From: an uncultured Enterobacteriaceae bacterium
Lineage (GTDB): Bacteria; Pseudomonadota; Gammaproteobacteria; Burkholderiales; UBA3065
NCBI GenBank assembly: GCA_964524005.1
Contig: CAZGBK010000003.1
Span: 3,155 to 67,154, forward strand
Direction: 5' to 3'
DNA: 64,000 nt
Shown here piece after piece: positions 8,324-24,888 of this stretch (positions are counted from its first letter, which is position 1; every line of letters begins with the position of its first letter). Under the pieces are notes generated by a model that saw nothing but the letters and a program-made list of their open reading frames with translations, had not been told where the DNA came from and did not search any database. The translations under genes were made by a program, and so were the position numbers.

Positions 8324-9916
8324 ATGCTGATGGAATCGCACCCGGCGGGATCGCAACCGGGGCGCCCCGCACCGGAAAACAGTGACGCAGCAACCGGCAA
8401 TCCGGACATCCGGCCGACAGCGATCGTCATCGGCAGCGGCTTTGGCGGCCTGGCATCGGCCATCCGGCTGGCTGTTCGGGGTTTTCAGGTCACCGTGCTT
8501 GAAAAGCTCGACACCCCCGGTGGCCGGGCTTACGTGCATCGGCAAGACGGTTTCACCTTCGACGCCGGGCCGACTATCGTCACTGCTCCGTTTTTGTTCG
8601 AGGAACTCTGGGAGTTGTGCGGCCGGCGCATGGCCGACGATATCGACCTGCGCCCGATGGAGCCGTTTTATCGCATCCGCTTCGATGACGGAAGCTGGTT
8701 CGACTACAGCGGCGACGATGCGGCAATGCGCGCCGAGGTGGCGCGCTTTAGTCCGGAAGACCTGGCTGGCTACGAGCGTTTCCTGGAAGACGCTGAGCAG
8801 TGCTACCGCCTCGGCTTCGAGGGCCTAAGCAGCAAGGCGTTTGACAGCTTTGGCGACCTCTTGGCGGCGCTCCCGGCGATGGTTCGGATGCGTGCCTGGC
8901 GTTCGATCTACAGTTTGGCGGCGCGTCACCTTAAGCACCCCAAGCTCCGTATCGTCCTCAGTTTTCATCCGCTGTTGATCGGCGGTAACCCGTTTGCCGT
9001 GACCCAGGTTTACAGCCTGATTACCGCGCTCGAACGGCGCTGGGGTGTCCACTGGGCGATGGGCGGGACCGGCGAGCTGGTGCGCGGGTTGGTGGGCCTA
9101 CTCGAAGGCCAGGGCGGCGCGCTGGTCTGCAACGCTGAGGTGCGCGAAATCACCGTGCAAGACGGCCGGGCGACCGGCGTACGTCTGGCGAATGGTCAGC
9201 GACTGCGGGCCGATATCGTCGTCAGCAATGCCGACACGGCCTGGACCTATCGTCACCTGATCGCGCCGCAGCACCGTCGCCATTGGACCGACCGCAAGAT
9301 CGAGGCCGGTAAATACTCGATGAGTCTGTTTGTATGGTATTTCGGGACCCGGCGGCAGTTCGCCGATGTTCCCCATCACATGATCTTGTTGGGCCCCCGT
9401 TACGAGGGCTTGCTTACCGACATCTTTAAGCGCCACCGGCTGGCGGGCGACTTCAGCCTCTATTTGCATCGCCCCAGCGCGACCGACCCTTCAGTAGCGC
9501 CGCCGGGTTGCGATGCCTTCTACGTACTCTCGCCGGTCCCGCATCTCGACAGCGGCACCGACTGGGCGCAGGTTGCCGAGACCTACCGCGCGGCGATCGC
9601 GCAGGTTCTCGACCAAAGCGTGTTGCCGGGCTTCGAGCAAGATATCGTCACCTCGCGGGTGACGACGCCGCTCGATTTCCGCGACCGTCTGCTGTCGTTC
9701 AAAGGGGCGGCTTTTGGCCTCGAGCCCTTGTTGCTGCAAAGTGCATGGTTCCGTCCGCACAACCGCAGCGAGGATATCCGGGGTCTGTATATGGTGGGCG
9801 CCAGCACCCACCCTGGTGCCGGCATGCCGGGCGTGTTGTCGTCGGCCAAGGCGCTGGAGTCGGTCCTGCCGAGCGCCGCCGAGGTGCTCGCGCACCGGGT
9901 CGCGGTGTCGGCTTGA
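8324..9916 (+). CDS. crtI: Phytoene desaturase
   Basis: ATG at 8324 with a GGAAGGGGA SD. TAIVIGSGFGGLASAIRL dinucleotide fold and C-terminal GLYMVGASTHPGAGMPGV, the CrtI family signature. Confidence 0.9.
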   Translation: MLMESHPAGSQPGRPAPENSDAATGNPDIRPTAIVIGSGFGGLASAIRLAVRGFQVTVLEKLDTPGGRAYVHRQDGFTFDAGPTIVTAPFLFEELWELCGRRMADDIDLRPMEPFYRIRFDDGSWFDYSGDDAAMRAEVARFSPEDLAGYERFLEDAEQCYRLGFEGLSSKAFDSFGDLLAALPAMVRMRAWRSIYSLAARHLKHPKLRIVLSFHPLLIGGNPFAVTQVYSLITALERRWGVHWAMGGTGELVRGLVGLLEGQGGALVCNAEVREITVQDGRATGVRLANGQRLRADIVVSNADTAWTYRHLIAPQHRRHWTDRKIEAGKYSMSLFVWYFGTRRQFADVPHHMILLGPRYEGLLTDIFKRHRLAGDFSLYLHRPSATDPSVAPPGCDAFYVLSPVPHLDSGTDWAQVAETYRAAIAQVLDQSVLPGFEQDIVTSRVTTPLDFRDRLLSFKGAAFGLEPLLLQSAWFRPHNRSEDIRGLYMVGASTHPGAGMPGVLSSAKALESVLPSAAEVLAHRVAVSA

Positions 9917-9927
9917 GCGAGGTCGAC

Positions 9928-10983
9928 ATGAAGCCCGAAACTCTGCATTACGACGAGAACGCGAGCTGCACCGAGATGTTGCGTGGCGGTTCGCGATCGT
10001 TCTTCGCTGCATCGCGTCTGCTTTCGCGCCGCGTACGCGAGCCAGCGACGGCGCTTTACGCGTTCTGCCGTGTCGCCGACGACGCCATCGACCACGCACC
10101 TGATCCGGCTGCGGCTCTGGCCGACCTGGCCCGTCGGCTCGACGCTATCTACGCCGGACGCCCGCACCCGTTTGTCGCCGATCAGGCATTTGCGCCAGTG
10201 GTACGCGAATTCGGTATCCCGCGCGAGTTGCCCGAAGCCTTGCTGGAGGGGTTTGCCTGGGATGCTGCTGGCCGGCGTTATCACACGCTTGATCAGGTAC
10301 TCGACTACGCCGCGCGCGTCGCCGGGACGGTGGGCGCCATGATGGCGTTGATCATGGGCGTGCGGGCGCCGGGGACCCTGGCACGCGCCTGCGAGCTAGG
10401 CCTGGCCATGCAGTTGACCAACATCGCACGGGATGTTGGCGAGGATGCCCGCAGCGGTCGGGTCTATCTGCCGCTCGATTGGCTCGAGGAGGTCGGACTC
10501 GACACCGAGGCCTGGCTCGCCGAGCCGCATCCAAGCCCGGAGTTGGCTGAGGTGACGCGGCGCCTGCTGGATGCCGCCGAGATCTGCTATCGCCGTGCCG
10601 AGGTCGGGATCGCCGACCTGCCAGCGAGCTGCCGCCCGGCGATGATGGCAGCACGCCGGATCTATGCGGACATCGGTCGGCAGATTGTTTCCAGTGGGTG
10701 TGATTCGGTCAGCCGTCGCGCCGTCGTGCCCGGCCGGCGCAAACTCGCGCTGTTATTTGGCTGCCTGCCGGCCGTGTTGGCGCAGCCTCCAGTGCACGAG
10801 CGTCACGCGGCTGCCATGCCAGCGGTCCGGTTTCTTGTCCAGGCGGTCATCGAGGCGCCGGCGCACCGGCGCACTCCAGCCTCGTTCCTGGAGCGCACGG
10901 TGGCGGTCATTGAGCTGTTCGAGCGCCTGGCCGAGCGCGATCGCGCTCAACGTCGTTTCGGAGGGGTCCGGGCGGCCCGCTAA
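9928..10983 (+). CDS. crtB: Phytoene synthase
   Basis: Internal ATG gives MKPETLHYDENASCTEMLRGGSRSFFAASRLL...YAFCRVADDAIDH...LTNIARDVGEDARSGRVYLP, the squalene/phytoene synthase motifs. Confidence 0.9.
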   Translation: MKPETLHYDENASCTEMLRGGSRSFFAASRLLSRRVREPATALYAFCRVADDAIDHAPDPAAALADLARRLDAIYAGRPHPFVADQAFAPVVREFGIPRELPEALLEGFAWDAAGRRYHTLDQVLDYAARVAGTVGAMMALIMGVRAPGTLARACELGLAMQLTNIARDVGEDARSGRVYLPLDWLEEVGLDTEAWLAEPHPSPELAEVTRRLLDAAEICYRRAEVGIADLPASCRPAMMAARRIYADIGRQIVSSGCDSVSRRAVVPGRRKLALLFGCLPAVLAQPPVHERHAAAMPAVRFLVQAVIEAPAHRRTPASFLERTVAVIELFERLAERDRAQRRFGGVRAAR

Positions 10984-11029
10984 AAGGGCCTGGCGGACTC
11001 GTTCTAGAAAGCCGGGCACACTCCTGGCC

Positions 11030-12091
11030 TTAGGCCAACCGCGGCATTCGCCAAGGCAGCATCAGGCGGGTGCTGGTGCGGTCGAGGCGGCGTAGATCCA
11101 GGCTCTCGTGAAAGGTGGTGGTCGGCTCACCGCACACCTGCGCACTTAGCAGGGCGCGTTGGTAGAACGGGGTGTCCTCCAGCGTCTCCAGCACCTGCGC
11201 CGGAGATTCGCTGCGCATCTGTCGGCGGATCCGCCACAGCGTGTCGGGCAGCCGTTGGCGTTCGGCTGCGGCAAATTCGTTGATGCTGCCATCTGGCCGG
11301 AAGCGCAAGGCGAGCAGGCGTTGGCTACCGTCCTTCAGGCGCAAGTCATACAAGACCGCCGTGCTGCCATCGGCCAGCCGCGAGCGGGACCAGTCCCAGT
11401 CGGCGAAGGGCAGGTGGATCGCTTCGTCACCTTCATTCGCGTCGAAGTAAGCATTGCCTTGCCAGCGCAGCGCGGGGTGGTGCAGATCGACCTCGATACG
11501 CGCCGCCGGTGCGATTGGCCCCCAACGGTGCCGCGCGAGCGGATCGAGCGGCATCACCGCCGTGAACAGGGCATCCGGGTAGAGTCTGACCCGACCCTGC
11601 ACTCGTCGTGGGATGGGATTGCTCCATTCGTCGAGATCGATGGTCAGGCAGCTGCCATCCCAGTGCAGCTGGCTCGGTCCGATGATGAAGCAGTCGCGGC
11701 TGCGCTGTGACTGGTTGCGGCCGCGCTCGGTCATGGTCCAACGGCGTACGCCCGGCCCGTATAGCGCGACATTGAAGCAGCAATGGTGTTCCGGGTCGCC
11801 AGCGCCGCGCTCGCGTGCCCAGTAGTAGTAGGGTGAAAAGACGCTACCGACAAAGGCGATGAGCGTCAGCCCGAACTGCCCGTCGTCGCTCAGTGCGTCG
11901 ATGTACCACCAGAGATAACCACCCGTCGGGACCGACTGGTCGAATCGAGGTGTGCCATCACTGTGGCGGCCGCCAGCCGGCCAGACAGGGTCGCCATCGG
12001 CACGCCCGGACCGGGATGCGCGCTGCCCCCGGCGAGGAACAGCCCCGGCAAGGGGCTGGCCGCCGCCGGTCGATGGAACGCTGCCATCCAA
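11030..12091 (-). CDS. crtC: Hydroxyneurosporene synthase (acyclic carotenoid 1,2-hydratase); start codon uncertain
   Basis: The conserved core begins at PRFDQSVPTGGYLWWYIDALSDDGQFGLTLIAFVGSVFSPYYYW. The only in-frame start codons are TTG 12091 and ATG 12238, both deep inside crtD. Confidence 0.6.
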   Translation of the reverse strand: MDGSVPSTGGGQPLAGAVPRRGQRASRSGRADGDPVWPAGGRHSDGTPRFDQSVPTGGYLWWYIDALSDDGQFGLTLIAFVGSVFSPYYYWARERGAGDPEHHCCFNVALYGPGVRRWTMTERGRNQSQRSRDCFIIGPSQLHWDGSCLTIDLDEWSNPIPRRVQGRVRLYPDALFTAVMPLDPLARHRWGPIAPAARIEVDLHHPALRWQGNAYFDANEGDEAIHLPFADWDWSRSRLADGSTAVLYDLRLKDGSQRLLALRFRPDGSINEFAAAERQRLPDTLWRIRRQMRSESPAQVLETLEDTPFYQRALLSAQVCGEPTTTFHESLDLRRLDRTSTRLMLPWRMPRLA

Positions 12092-13428
12092 CTGTGCCCT
12101 GCCGGGCCGTAGAGCGCTCCCCCGGTCCCGGGAAAGAGTTGCGCGAACTGCTCCGGCGTCGTCAGCACCTCGGCTCGCCGCCGTGTGTCGATCGTCAGTC
12201 CGCAGCGGCGCATCAGCTGCATGGCGTGCTCGTGGCATGGTTCGTTCTCGTCAGGAAGGTAGTGATGGCGATCGCCGTTTGCCGGTGCGTTGACCAGCAG
12301 CAGCATCCGTTCGCGACCGCTCGGGGCGCTGGCATCGTCGTTGCGATCCTGGGCACAGAGGTAAGCAGTGCCCCGGCGCGGCAGGCGCTGGTGCTGGAAG
12401 ATGTCCCTGAATTCGCCGGGGTAATCGTCATCGAAGAAGACATTGTGACGGACGAGCGGAAAACCCTCGGTGCGGGCGTGGATGCACCAGGCCATGGCCG
12501 AGAGCGACCGCTCGTTAGCGCGGATCGGGGCCACCGCCGGACGGACCGCGTCGCCCATGAGTCCACTGGCTAGCGCTTGGGTATCGCCATTGAACACCAC
12601 CGTATCGGCGCGCAGCGTTTCGCCGTCGGCCAGTTGGACTCCGCAGGCGCGACCATTCTCGACTAGGATGCGCGTGACTTCGGTTCGGGTGCGCAGCGTC
12701 GCCCCACAGTCGCTGGCGAGCTGCTCCAGCGCCCGTGCGAGTGCCACCATGCCGCCACGAACCCCCCAAACGCCCTGCATTTCGACATCGGCGACCAGCA
12801 TCAGAGTGGCGGGCGCGGCCAGTGGCGAGCTGCCGCAGTAGGTCGCGTAACGGCCAAACAACTGCTGCAGACGCGGGTCGCGGAATTGCCGGCCAAGCGC
12901 GTTCCACAGGTTGCTAAACGGGCCGATGCGCCACAGGGCAGTCGAGCCGCGCCAGCCAAGATCGCTGATCAAGCTGCCAAGCGTCGGCCGTGACGACCGG
13001 ATGAAGGGGCGCTCAAGCGCTGCATAGACCGCTCGTGCTGTCTCGCAAAAGGCGATGAAGCGTTTCGCTTCGGCGGTGCTGGCAAACGCGGCGATGGCCT
13101 CGGCCGAGCGTTGGCGGTCAGCGAACAGATCGAGCCTTCCGCCGCTGGCCCAGGCGTGGCGGGCTAGCACTTGGATCGGGTCGAGCGTCAGCACTCGGTC
13201 GAGCGACTGGCCGCAGTCACCGAAAAGGCCTTCAAAGACCCAGCGCATGGTGAACACGGTGGGTCCGGCGTCGATCCCTTGGCCATCGACCTGCAGTTGC
13301 CGCAATTTGCCGCCACTGTTTTCGGCGCGCTCAAGGAGGGTCACGTTGACGCCTTGGCGTGCCAGATCCGCCGCACAGGCAAGTCCGCCCGCGCCGCCGC
13401 CAATCACCAGTGCGCGACGCTCAGCCAA
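11890..13428 (-). CDS. crtD: Methoxyneurosporene/hydroxyneurosporene 3,4-desaturase
   Basis: RALVIGGGAGGLACAADLARQG FAD fold and C-terminal GLFLAGGSAHPGPGVPMATLSG. Start set to TTG 13428, just upstream of the Rossmann strand and overlapping the crtA stop. An ATG start would need a >250-nt overlap. Confidence 0.8.
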   Translation of the reverse strand: MAERRALVIGGGAGGLACAADLARQGVNVTLLERAENSGGKLRQLQVDGQGIDAGPTVFTMRWVFEGLFGDCGQSLDRVLTLDPIQVLARHAWASGGRLDLFADRQRSAEAIAAFASTAEAKRFIAFCETARAVYAALERPFIRSSRPTLGSLISDLGWRGSTALWRIGPFSNLWNALGRQFRDPRLQQLFGRYATYCGSSPLAAPATLMLVADVEMQGVWGVRGGMVALARALEQLASDCGATLRTRTEVTRILVENGRACGVQLADGETLRADTVVFNGDTQALASGLMGDAVRPAVAPIRANERSLSAMAWCIHARTEGFPLVRHNVFFDDDYPGEFRDIFQHQRLPRRGTAYLCAQDRNDDASAPSGRERMLLLVNAPANGDRHHYLPDENEPCHEHAMQLMRRCGLTIDTRRRAEVLTTPEQFAQLFPGTGGALYGPAGHSWMAAFHRPAAASPLPGLFLAGGSAHPGPGVPMATLSGRLAAATVMAHLDSTSRSRRVVISGGTSTH

Positions 13429-14107
13429 AGGCCAGGCCTTTGTAGCTGCCTTGCAGATCGACCGGAATGAAACGCGCGAACATCGATTCGCTAAAGAATC
13501 CGTGGCGATGCGCCGCGCGGATCGCGTCCAGGTGCGCCCCGGTGCGGGCGTAACGATCCATGTCGTCGACGCCGTTCCAGATGCTAAAAGTCGCCTGGCG
13601 CAGCAACGGTGCTTCACCCAGGCCGGTCGCCAGTAGGCAGCCTGGTGCGTCGGCCAGGGCATCTTGCGCTGGCGGTGCCATGCGCCAAAAGGCCGCTGCC
13701 CGCTGTGGCCGGATCGATGCGCGGGTGATGGCCGCGATCGGGCCGCTGGTGGGGGTGTCGGTGACCACTGGCAGGCTAAGCCCTGCCCAGGTCCCACGGC
13801 ACGAGTAGGTGTGCAGTTTCACACTCAGAAATTCTCCGGCGTGCTTGCGGTATCGCACCACCAATGGGTCTTCAGCGAGAAAGCGGTCGGCGGTGGCGGC
13901 TGTATCGAACAGGCAGAACAGCCCTTGCCGGCTAGCGCTCGGGCGTAAACCAAAGCCACCATCGTGCCCGCTGCCAAGGATGCGGAAGAAGCTCAGTCCC
14001 GGGATATCGCTCATGTCGAAGCGTCCGGTGACGAAGCGCGAATATCCCCACAAGCGCGAGCCAGCGGCCACATCGACCAGGATCAGAGTGGCGATCGGGC
14101 CGGTCAT
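13421..14107 (-). CDS. crtA: Spheroidene monooxygenase
   Basis: 228 aa from the ATG at 14107. SRLWGYSRF...IPGLSFFRILGSG...GLFCLFDT...ATFSIWNGVDDMDRYA resembles CrtA. It lies adjacent to crtD/crtC. Confidence 0.75.
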   Translation of the reverse strand: MTGPIATLILVDVAAGSRLWGYSRFVTGRFDMSDIPGLSFFRILGSGHDGGFGLRPSASRQGLFCLFDTAATADRFLAEDPLVVRYRKHAGEFLSVKLHTYSCRGTWAGLSLPVVTDTPTSGPIAAITRASIRPQRAAAFWRMAPPAQDALADAPGCLLATGLGEAPLLRQATFSIWNGVDDMDRYARTGAHLDAIRAAHRHGFFSESMFARFIPVDLQGSYKGLAFG

Positions 14108-14140
14108 GGGCAAGGGACCAACAAGCAAACCCGCCCGCGT

Positions 14141-15580
14141 TTAGACCGGCGGGCGGTCGCCGAGGTCGCCGATGCCGTACTGCCTGAGCTTTACATACAG
14201 GCTTTGACGCGACAGGCCGAGCATCTCGGCGGCACTGGCCCGATTGTCGCGGGTCAGTTCGAGAGCGGCTTCAATGCAGAGCTTTTCAATCAACTCGGCA
14301 GTCTCGCCCACGATCTCCTTCAACGGTACCCGACCGACCAGTTCGGTGAGTTGGCTGGCACTGCGTGTCAGACCAGCCGCCCCCGGATTCTCGTCGAGGC
14401 GGGTGGCGACGTCGCGGACGCTGAAGCCAAGGAAGGTGCGATCACCGATGCGTAGGGCGCGTGCTGACATCTCAACACGGGTTTGCAGGCCGTTCTCACC
14501 ACGTAGGGTGGTCGAGAACAAGCGTACTGAACCGCGCTGTCGCAGGTTGGCGAGCAGTACTGACAGGTCGACGCTTGAGCGGCCGAGCCAGCGATCGAGT
14601 GACTCACCAAGCAGTGCGTTCGGGTGCGCGAGTTGCGCGAGTTCGGCAAAGGCTTGATTGGCGGTCACGATAACGCCATCGGCATCGGTCACAACGAAGC
14701 CATCAGGGGATTGGCCCAGCGCTTCAAGCGCGAGCGTCTGGCTCTCTAGGCTGCCCTGGTTCGAGACGAGGCCGCGCTCATCGAACCGGACCAAGAACAG
14801 GCTTTGGTTGTCGTGTCGGAACAGCGCCGCCTGCAGAGACACTTCGCTGGCCGACCCGGCGAGGCGAACGGTGACTGACTGGCTCCGGCCAGAGCCGAGT
14901 ACGGCGTTCAGTAGGCCGTCGAGTTCGCCGCGGCTGTCTTCGGCCAGGCAGTCAGCCAAAGCCCGACCTGCAGGCTTGCGGACCTGCGCGGCCAGTACTC
15001 GGTCGGCAGCGGCGTTCACCTCAAGAATGCGTCGGGTGCTGGCATCGATGACCAGCATCGGTTCCTGTGAGGTCTCGAACAGCAGGCGATACCGCGCCTC
15101 CATCTGGCGCATGCGCTGGTAGTCGCGCTCCATCGCCTGGTGCGATTCGACGAGGCGCTGCTGCAGCTCAGTGACGCCACGCAGGTCTCGACCATAGGCC
15201 AAGATCTGACCGTCCGAGAGACGCACCGCGCTGTACTGTACGGGGAGGATCTGACCGTCGTTGGCCGGGTGATTCAGGTGTCGCCATTTGCGCGGACGCC
15301 CGGCGCGGGCGTCGGCGAGCAGGGCCTCGACCTTTTGGCGGCACTCCTCGGTGACGCATGCGTCCAGGCGTCGACCGATCCAACTCTGAGCGACTGCCAG
15401 TTGCGAGTCGGCCTGTGTCAGGCGTACCCGCACCACGGTGTCGCTGGCGTCGATCAACAGGGTGATGTCAGCGGCTGCCGACATCAGCGAGCCGGCGATG
15501 GCCGGGTCGACGCTCTGCACAACGTCGACTGCTTCCGGGTAGGTCCCGGTCGTGAACTGACCCCCAGGGCTAATGCTCAA
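14141..15580 (-). CDS. ppsR: Photosynthesis gene repressor PpsR/CrtJ (PAS domains + C-terminal Fis-type HTH)
   Basis: 479 aa. Repeated PAS-like segments, the Q-linker ELQQRLVESHQAMERDYQRMRQMEARYRLLFE, and C-terminal AAEMLGLSRQSLYVKLRQYGI. TTG start overlaps the ppaA stop (TTGA). Confidence 0.85.
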   Translation of the reverse strand: MSISPGGQFTTGTYPEAVDVVQSVDPAIAGSLMSAAADITLLIDASDTVVRVRLTQADSQLAVAQSWIGRRLDACVTEECRQKVEALLADARAGRPRKWRHLNHPANDGQILPVQYSAVRLSDGQILAYGRDLRGVTELQQRLVESHQAMERDYQRMRQMEARYRLLFETSQEPMLVIDASTRRILEVNAAADRVLAAQVRKPAGRALADCLAEDSRGELDGLLNAVLGSGRSQSVTVRLAGSASEVSLQAALFRHDNQSLFLVRFDERGLVSNQGSLESQTLALEALGQSPDGFVVTDADGVIVTANQAFAELAQLAHPNALLGESLDRWLGRSSVDLSVLLANLRQRGSVRLFSTTLRGENGLQTRVEMSARALRIGDRTFLGFSVRDVATRLDENPGAAGLTRSASQLTELVGRVPLKEIVGETAELIEKLCIEAALELTRDNRASAAEMLGLSRQSLYVKLRQYGIGDLGDRPPV

Positions 15581-16503
15581 TTCGAACGCTCCCTTTGGCG
15601 GACCAGCCGTTCAGCGGTGCGGATGGCTTCGGGTGCATCGCCTGAGCAGGCGTCGGCGCCCAGCATGTCCCGAATCCGGTCATCCAGTTGCATGGCGCCG
15701 CCGACCATGATGCTGACAGCGGGGTTGAGTGAAGCCTGCCGCGACTCCGCTACGCATCTGGCAAGTGCTTCAAGGGTGTCATTGCTGCCTTGCGAGAAGG
15801 CGATGACGTCGAACCAGTCGGCACGCAGGCGGGCCAGAAAGGCCGGCTGTGCTGCATCGTTCTCGCTGCACACGTGCCAGCCGGCGCGTCGGAAGAACTG
15901 ACTCAGCATGTAAAAGCCGAGCGTGTGCTGGCTGCCAGGGGCTGGGGCAAGCAGGATGTGCCGGCGCACGGGCGCGGGCTCGGCATCTTCGCAGAACTCG
16001 TCGTTCAGCGATTGCACGAGACCTTGGATACGCCACAGGGCGAGCGTCACTTCCGGGAAGGCGCAGTCGTCGGTATCCCACAGGCGGCCCAAACGCTGCG
16101 CGGTCGGCGCGAGGACGTCAAGGTAGAGCGTCTCGAGGCCGTAGCCTGCAGCCCGCAGTTCGCTGAAGACCCGCAAATGCGCCTCGGCGTCGTAGCTCAG
16201 GCTGGCCCGCAGGTACCGCTGTACTGCGTCGTCATCGACCGGTGGTAGTAGCCGCTGCGGCAGCTGGAAGGCGTCGGCGGGGCGATAGGCCCGCAGCAGT
16301 TGCGGGACGATCTCATGCTGGATTGCCTGCATCAATTGATCGGTGAGTGGGGGCGGTTGGTCGGCCTCGTGCACCGTTTCGCCAAGTGCTCCGCCAGCCA
16401 CCCGGTCGCTCCGACGGTGCCAGCGCTCGGCGTGGCGCTGCTCCTGTTCACTGCTGTGGATATCGTTGCCAGACGCGTTGTCAGGCTGGGTCTTCCCGGA
16501 CAT
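15577..16503 (-). CDS. ppaA: Cobalamin-binding antirepressor AerR/PpaA
   Basis: 308 aa. B12-binding-domain pattern (ILLAPAPGSQHTLGFYMLSQFFRRAGW, IMVGG). Sits immediately upstream of ppsR, as in other photosynthesis clusters. Confidence 0.7.
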   Translation of the reverse strand: MSGKTQPDNASGNDIHSSEQEQRHAERWHRRSDRVAGGALGETVHEADQPPPLTDQLMQAIQHEIVPQLLRAYRPADAFQLPQRLLPPVDDDAVQRYLRASLSYDAEAHLRVFSELRAAGYGLETLYLDVLAPTAQRLGRLWDTDDCAFPEVTLALWRIQGLVQSLNDEFCEDAEPAPVRRHILLAPAPGSQHTLGFYMLSQFFRRAGWHVCSENDAAQPAFLARLRADWFDVIAFSQGSNDTLEALARCVAESRQASLNPAVSIMVGGAMQLDDRIRDMLGADACSGDAPEAIRTAERLVRQRERSN

Positions 16504-16602
16504 CCCGTGTGCCTCCCCGGTGAAAAAGGTGTGCTACCGGCAGAGCTTTATTCTTCTGGTATGGCTGTTTTGACTGTTGATGGTGTCCGTGTCCCGGGGA
16601 AG

Positions 16603-16653
16603 TGTCAATCAAAAATGTCTGTCAATCGTCTATGACGTCACGGAAGATTGACA
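16603..16653. promoter_or_regulatory. Cluster of repeats and near-consensus PpsR half-palindromes in the ppaA/bchF divergent region
   Basis: Direct repeat TGTCAATC at 16603 and 16620. TGT-N12-ACG (16620-16637) abuts CGT-N12-ACA (16636-16653) around a central TGACGTCA palindrome. Confidence 0.3.
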
Positions 16654-16711
16654 CAAGGCCGGGGTCGTTCTAGATTGGCTCACACAACTACAACACGCGG
16701 AGCCACATCCG

Positions 16712-18588
<1,877 letters not shown>

Positions 18589-18590
18589 CC

Positions 18591-20211
18591 ATGCAGCTGA
18601 CGCTCTGGACCTACGAGGGCCCGCCACACGTCGGCGCCATGCGCATCGCCACTGCGCTGGAGGACGTGCACTACGTGCTGCACGCGCCGCAGGGCGACAC
18701 CTATGCCGACCTGCTGTTCACCATGATCGAGCGCCTGCCCAAGAGGCCGCCGGTCACCTACACCACATTTCAGGCGCGTGACCTCGGTGGCGATACAGCA
18801 GAGCTGTTCAAGAACGCTGCGCGCGAGGCGCACGAGCGTTTCAAGCCGGCAGCGATGATGGTCGGTGCCTCGTGCACGGCCGAGTTGATCCAGGACGACC
18901 CCGGCGGTCTGGCCGCCGCGCTCGACCTGCCGATCCCGGTCATCCCGCTCGAGTTGCCCTCGTACCAGAAGAAAGAGAACTGGGGTGCTGCCGAGACCTT
19001 CTACCAGATGGTCCGCGGCCTTGCCGGGCCGCACGCGCCGGCGCCCGGTACGCCGCGTCCGGCCCGCGCCGAGGGTGCCCGGCCCTCTTGCAACATCCTC
19101 GGGCCGACCGCACTCGGTTTCCGTCATCGTGATGATGTGCGCGAGATCCGCGGTCTGCTCGAGAGCATCGGTATCGAGGTCCGCGTGGTCGCGCCGCAGG
19201 GCGCAACCGCGGCCGATCTGGCTCGCCTCGGCGAGGCCGACTTCAACGTCGTGCTCTACCCCGAGACCGCGCAGAGCGCGGCCAACTGGCTGCAGCGGGC
19301 CTTCGGCCAGCCGTATACCAAGACCATCCCGATCGGCGCCATCGCCACCCGCGAGTTCGTCGCTGAGGTCGCCGCCCTCGCCGGCATCGACAACGCTTCT
19401 GCGCAGGCGGCGGGCCGTTCGCGTGCACCTTGGTACTCGCGTTCGGTCGACTCCACCTACCTTACCGGCAAGCGCGTGTTCGTCTTTGGCGATGGCACGC
19501 ATGCGGTTGCCGCTGCCCGGGTCGCCGCCGAGGAGTTCGGTTTCACTGTGGTCGGCATCGGCACCTACAGCCGCGAGTTCGCCCGCGAAGTGCGCGCTGC
19601 TGCCGAAAAGTACGGCGTCGAGGCGCTCATCACCGACGATTACCTCGAGGTCGAGGCGCGTGTCGCGGAGTTGCAGCCCGAACTGGTCCTTGGCACGCAG
19701 ATGGAGCGTCACATCGCCAAGCGTCTGGGTGTGCCTTGTGCAGTCATCTCGGCACCCATCCACGTGCAGGACTTCCCGGCGCGCTATGCCCCGCAGATGG
19801 GCTTCGAGGGCGCCAACGTGCTGTTCGACACCTGGGTCCACCCGCTGATGATGGGGCTGGAGGAGCACCTGCTCGGCATGTTCCGCGAGGACTTCGAATT
19901 CCACGATGGCGCTGCCGCTTCGCACTTGGGGCATGGCGGCGGCCACCGTGCGGCATACATGTCCGACGCGACAGTCGATCAGCGTACGGCCGGGGTGGCC
20001 ATCGACGCCCAGGCGCAGGCCGCACTGGCGGCTCAGTCGACGGCTGCAGTCGGTGTGGGCGAACCCGTGTGGGCGGCCGACGCACAGCAGGAGTTGGGGA
20101 AGATTCCATTCTTCGTGCGAGGGAAGGCGCGCCGCAATACCGAGCGTTTTGCTAGCGAGCGTGGCGTGGCGCTGATCACCGTCGAGACTCTGTACGAGGC
20201 CAAGGCCCACT

Positions 20212-20222
<11 letters not shown>
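18591..20222 (+). CDS. bchB: Light-independent protochlorophyllide reductase subunit B
   Basis: ATG at 18591 gives [48 protein letters not shown], the canonical BchB/ChlB N-terminus. Confidence 0.92.
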
Positions 20223-24878
<4,656 letters not shown>

Positions 24879-24888
24879 GTTGAGCACC

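Noticed and set aside
10999-11008. The 10-mer TCGTTCTAGA shared between the crtB/crtC convergent spacer and the ppaA/bchF spacer (16665-16674).
   Set aside because: Thousands of chance 10-mer repeats are expected in 64 kb, and there is no supporting dyad or positional logic.
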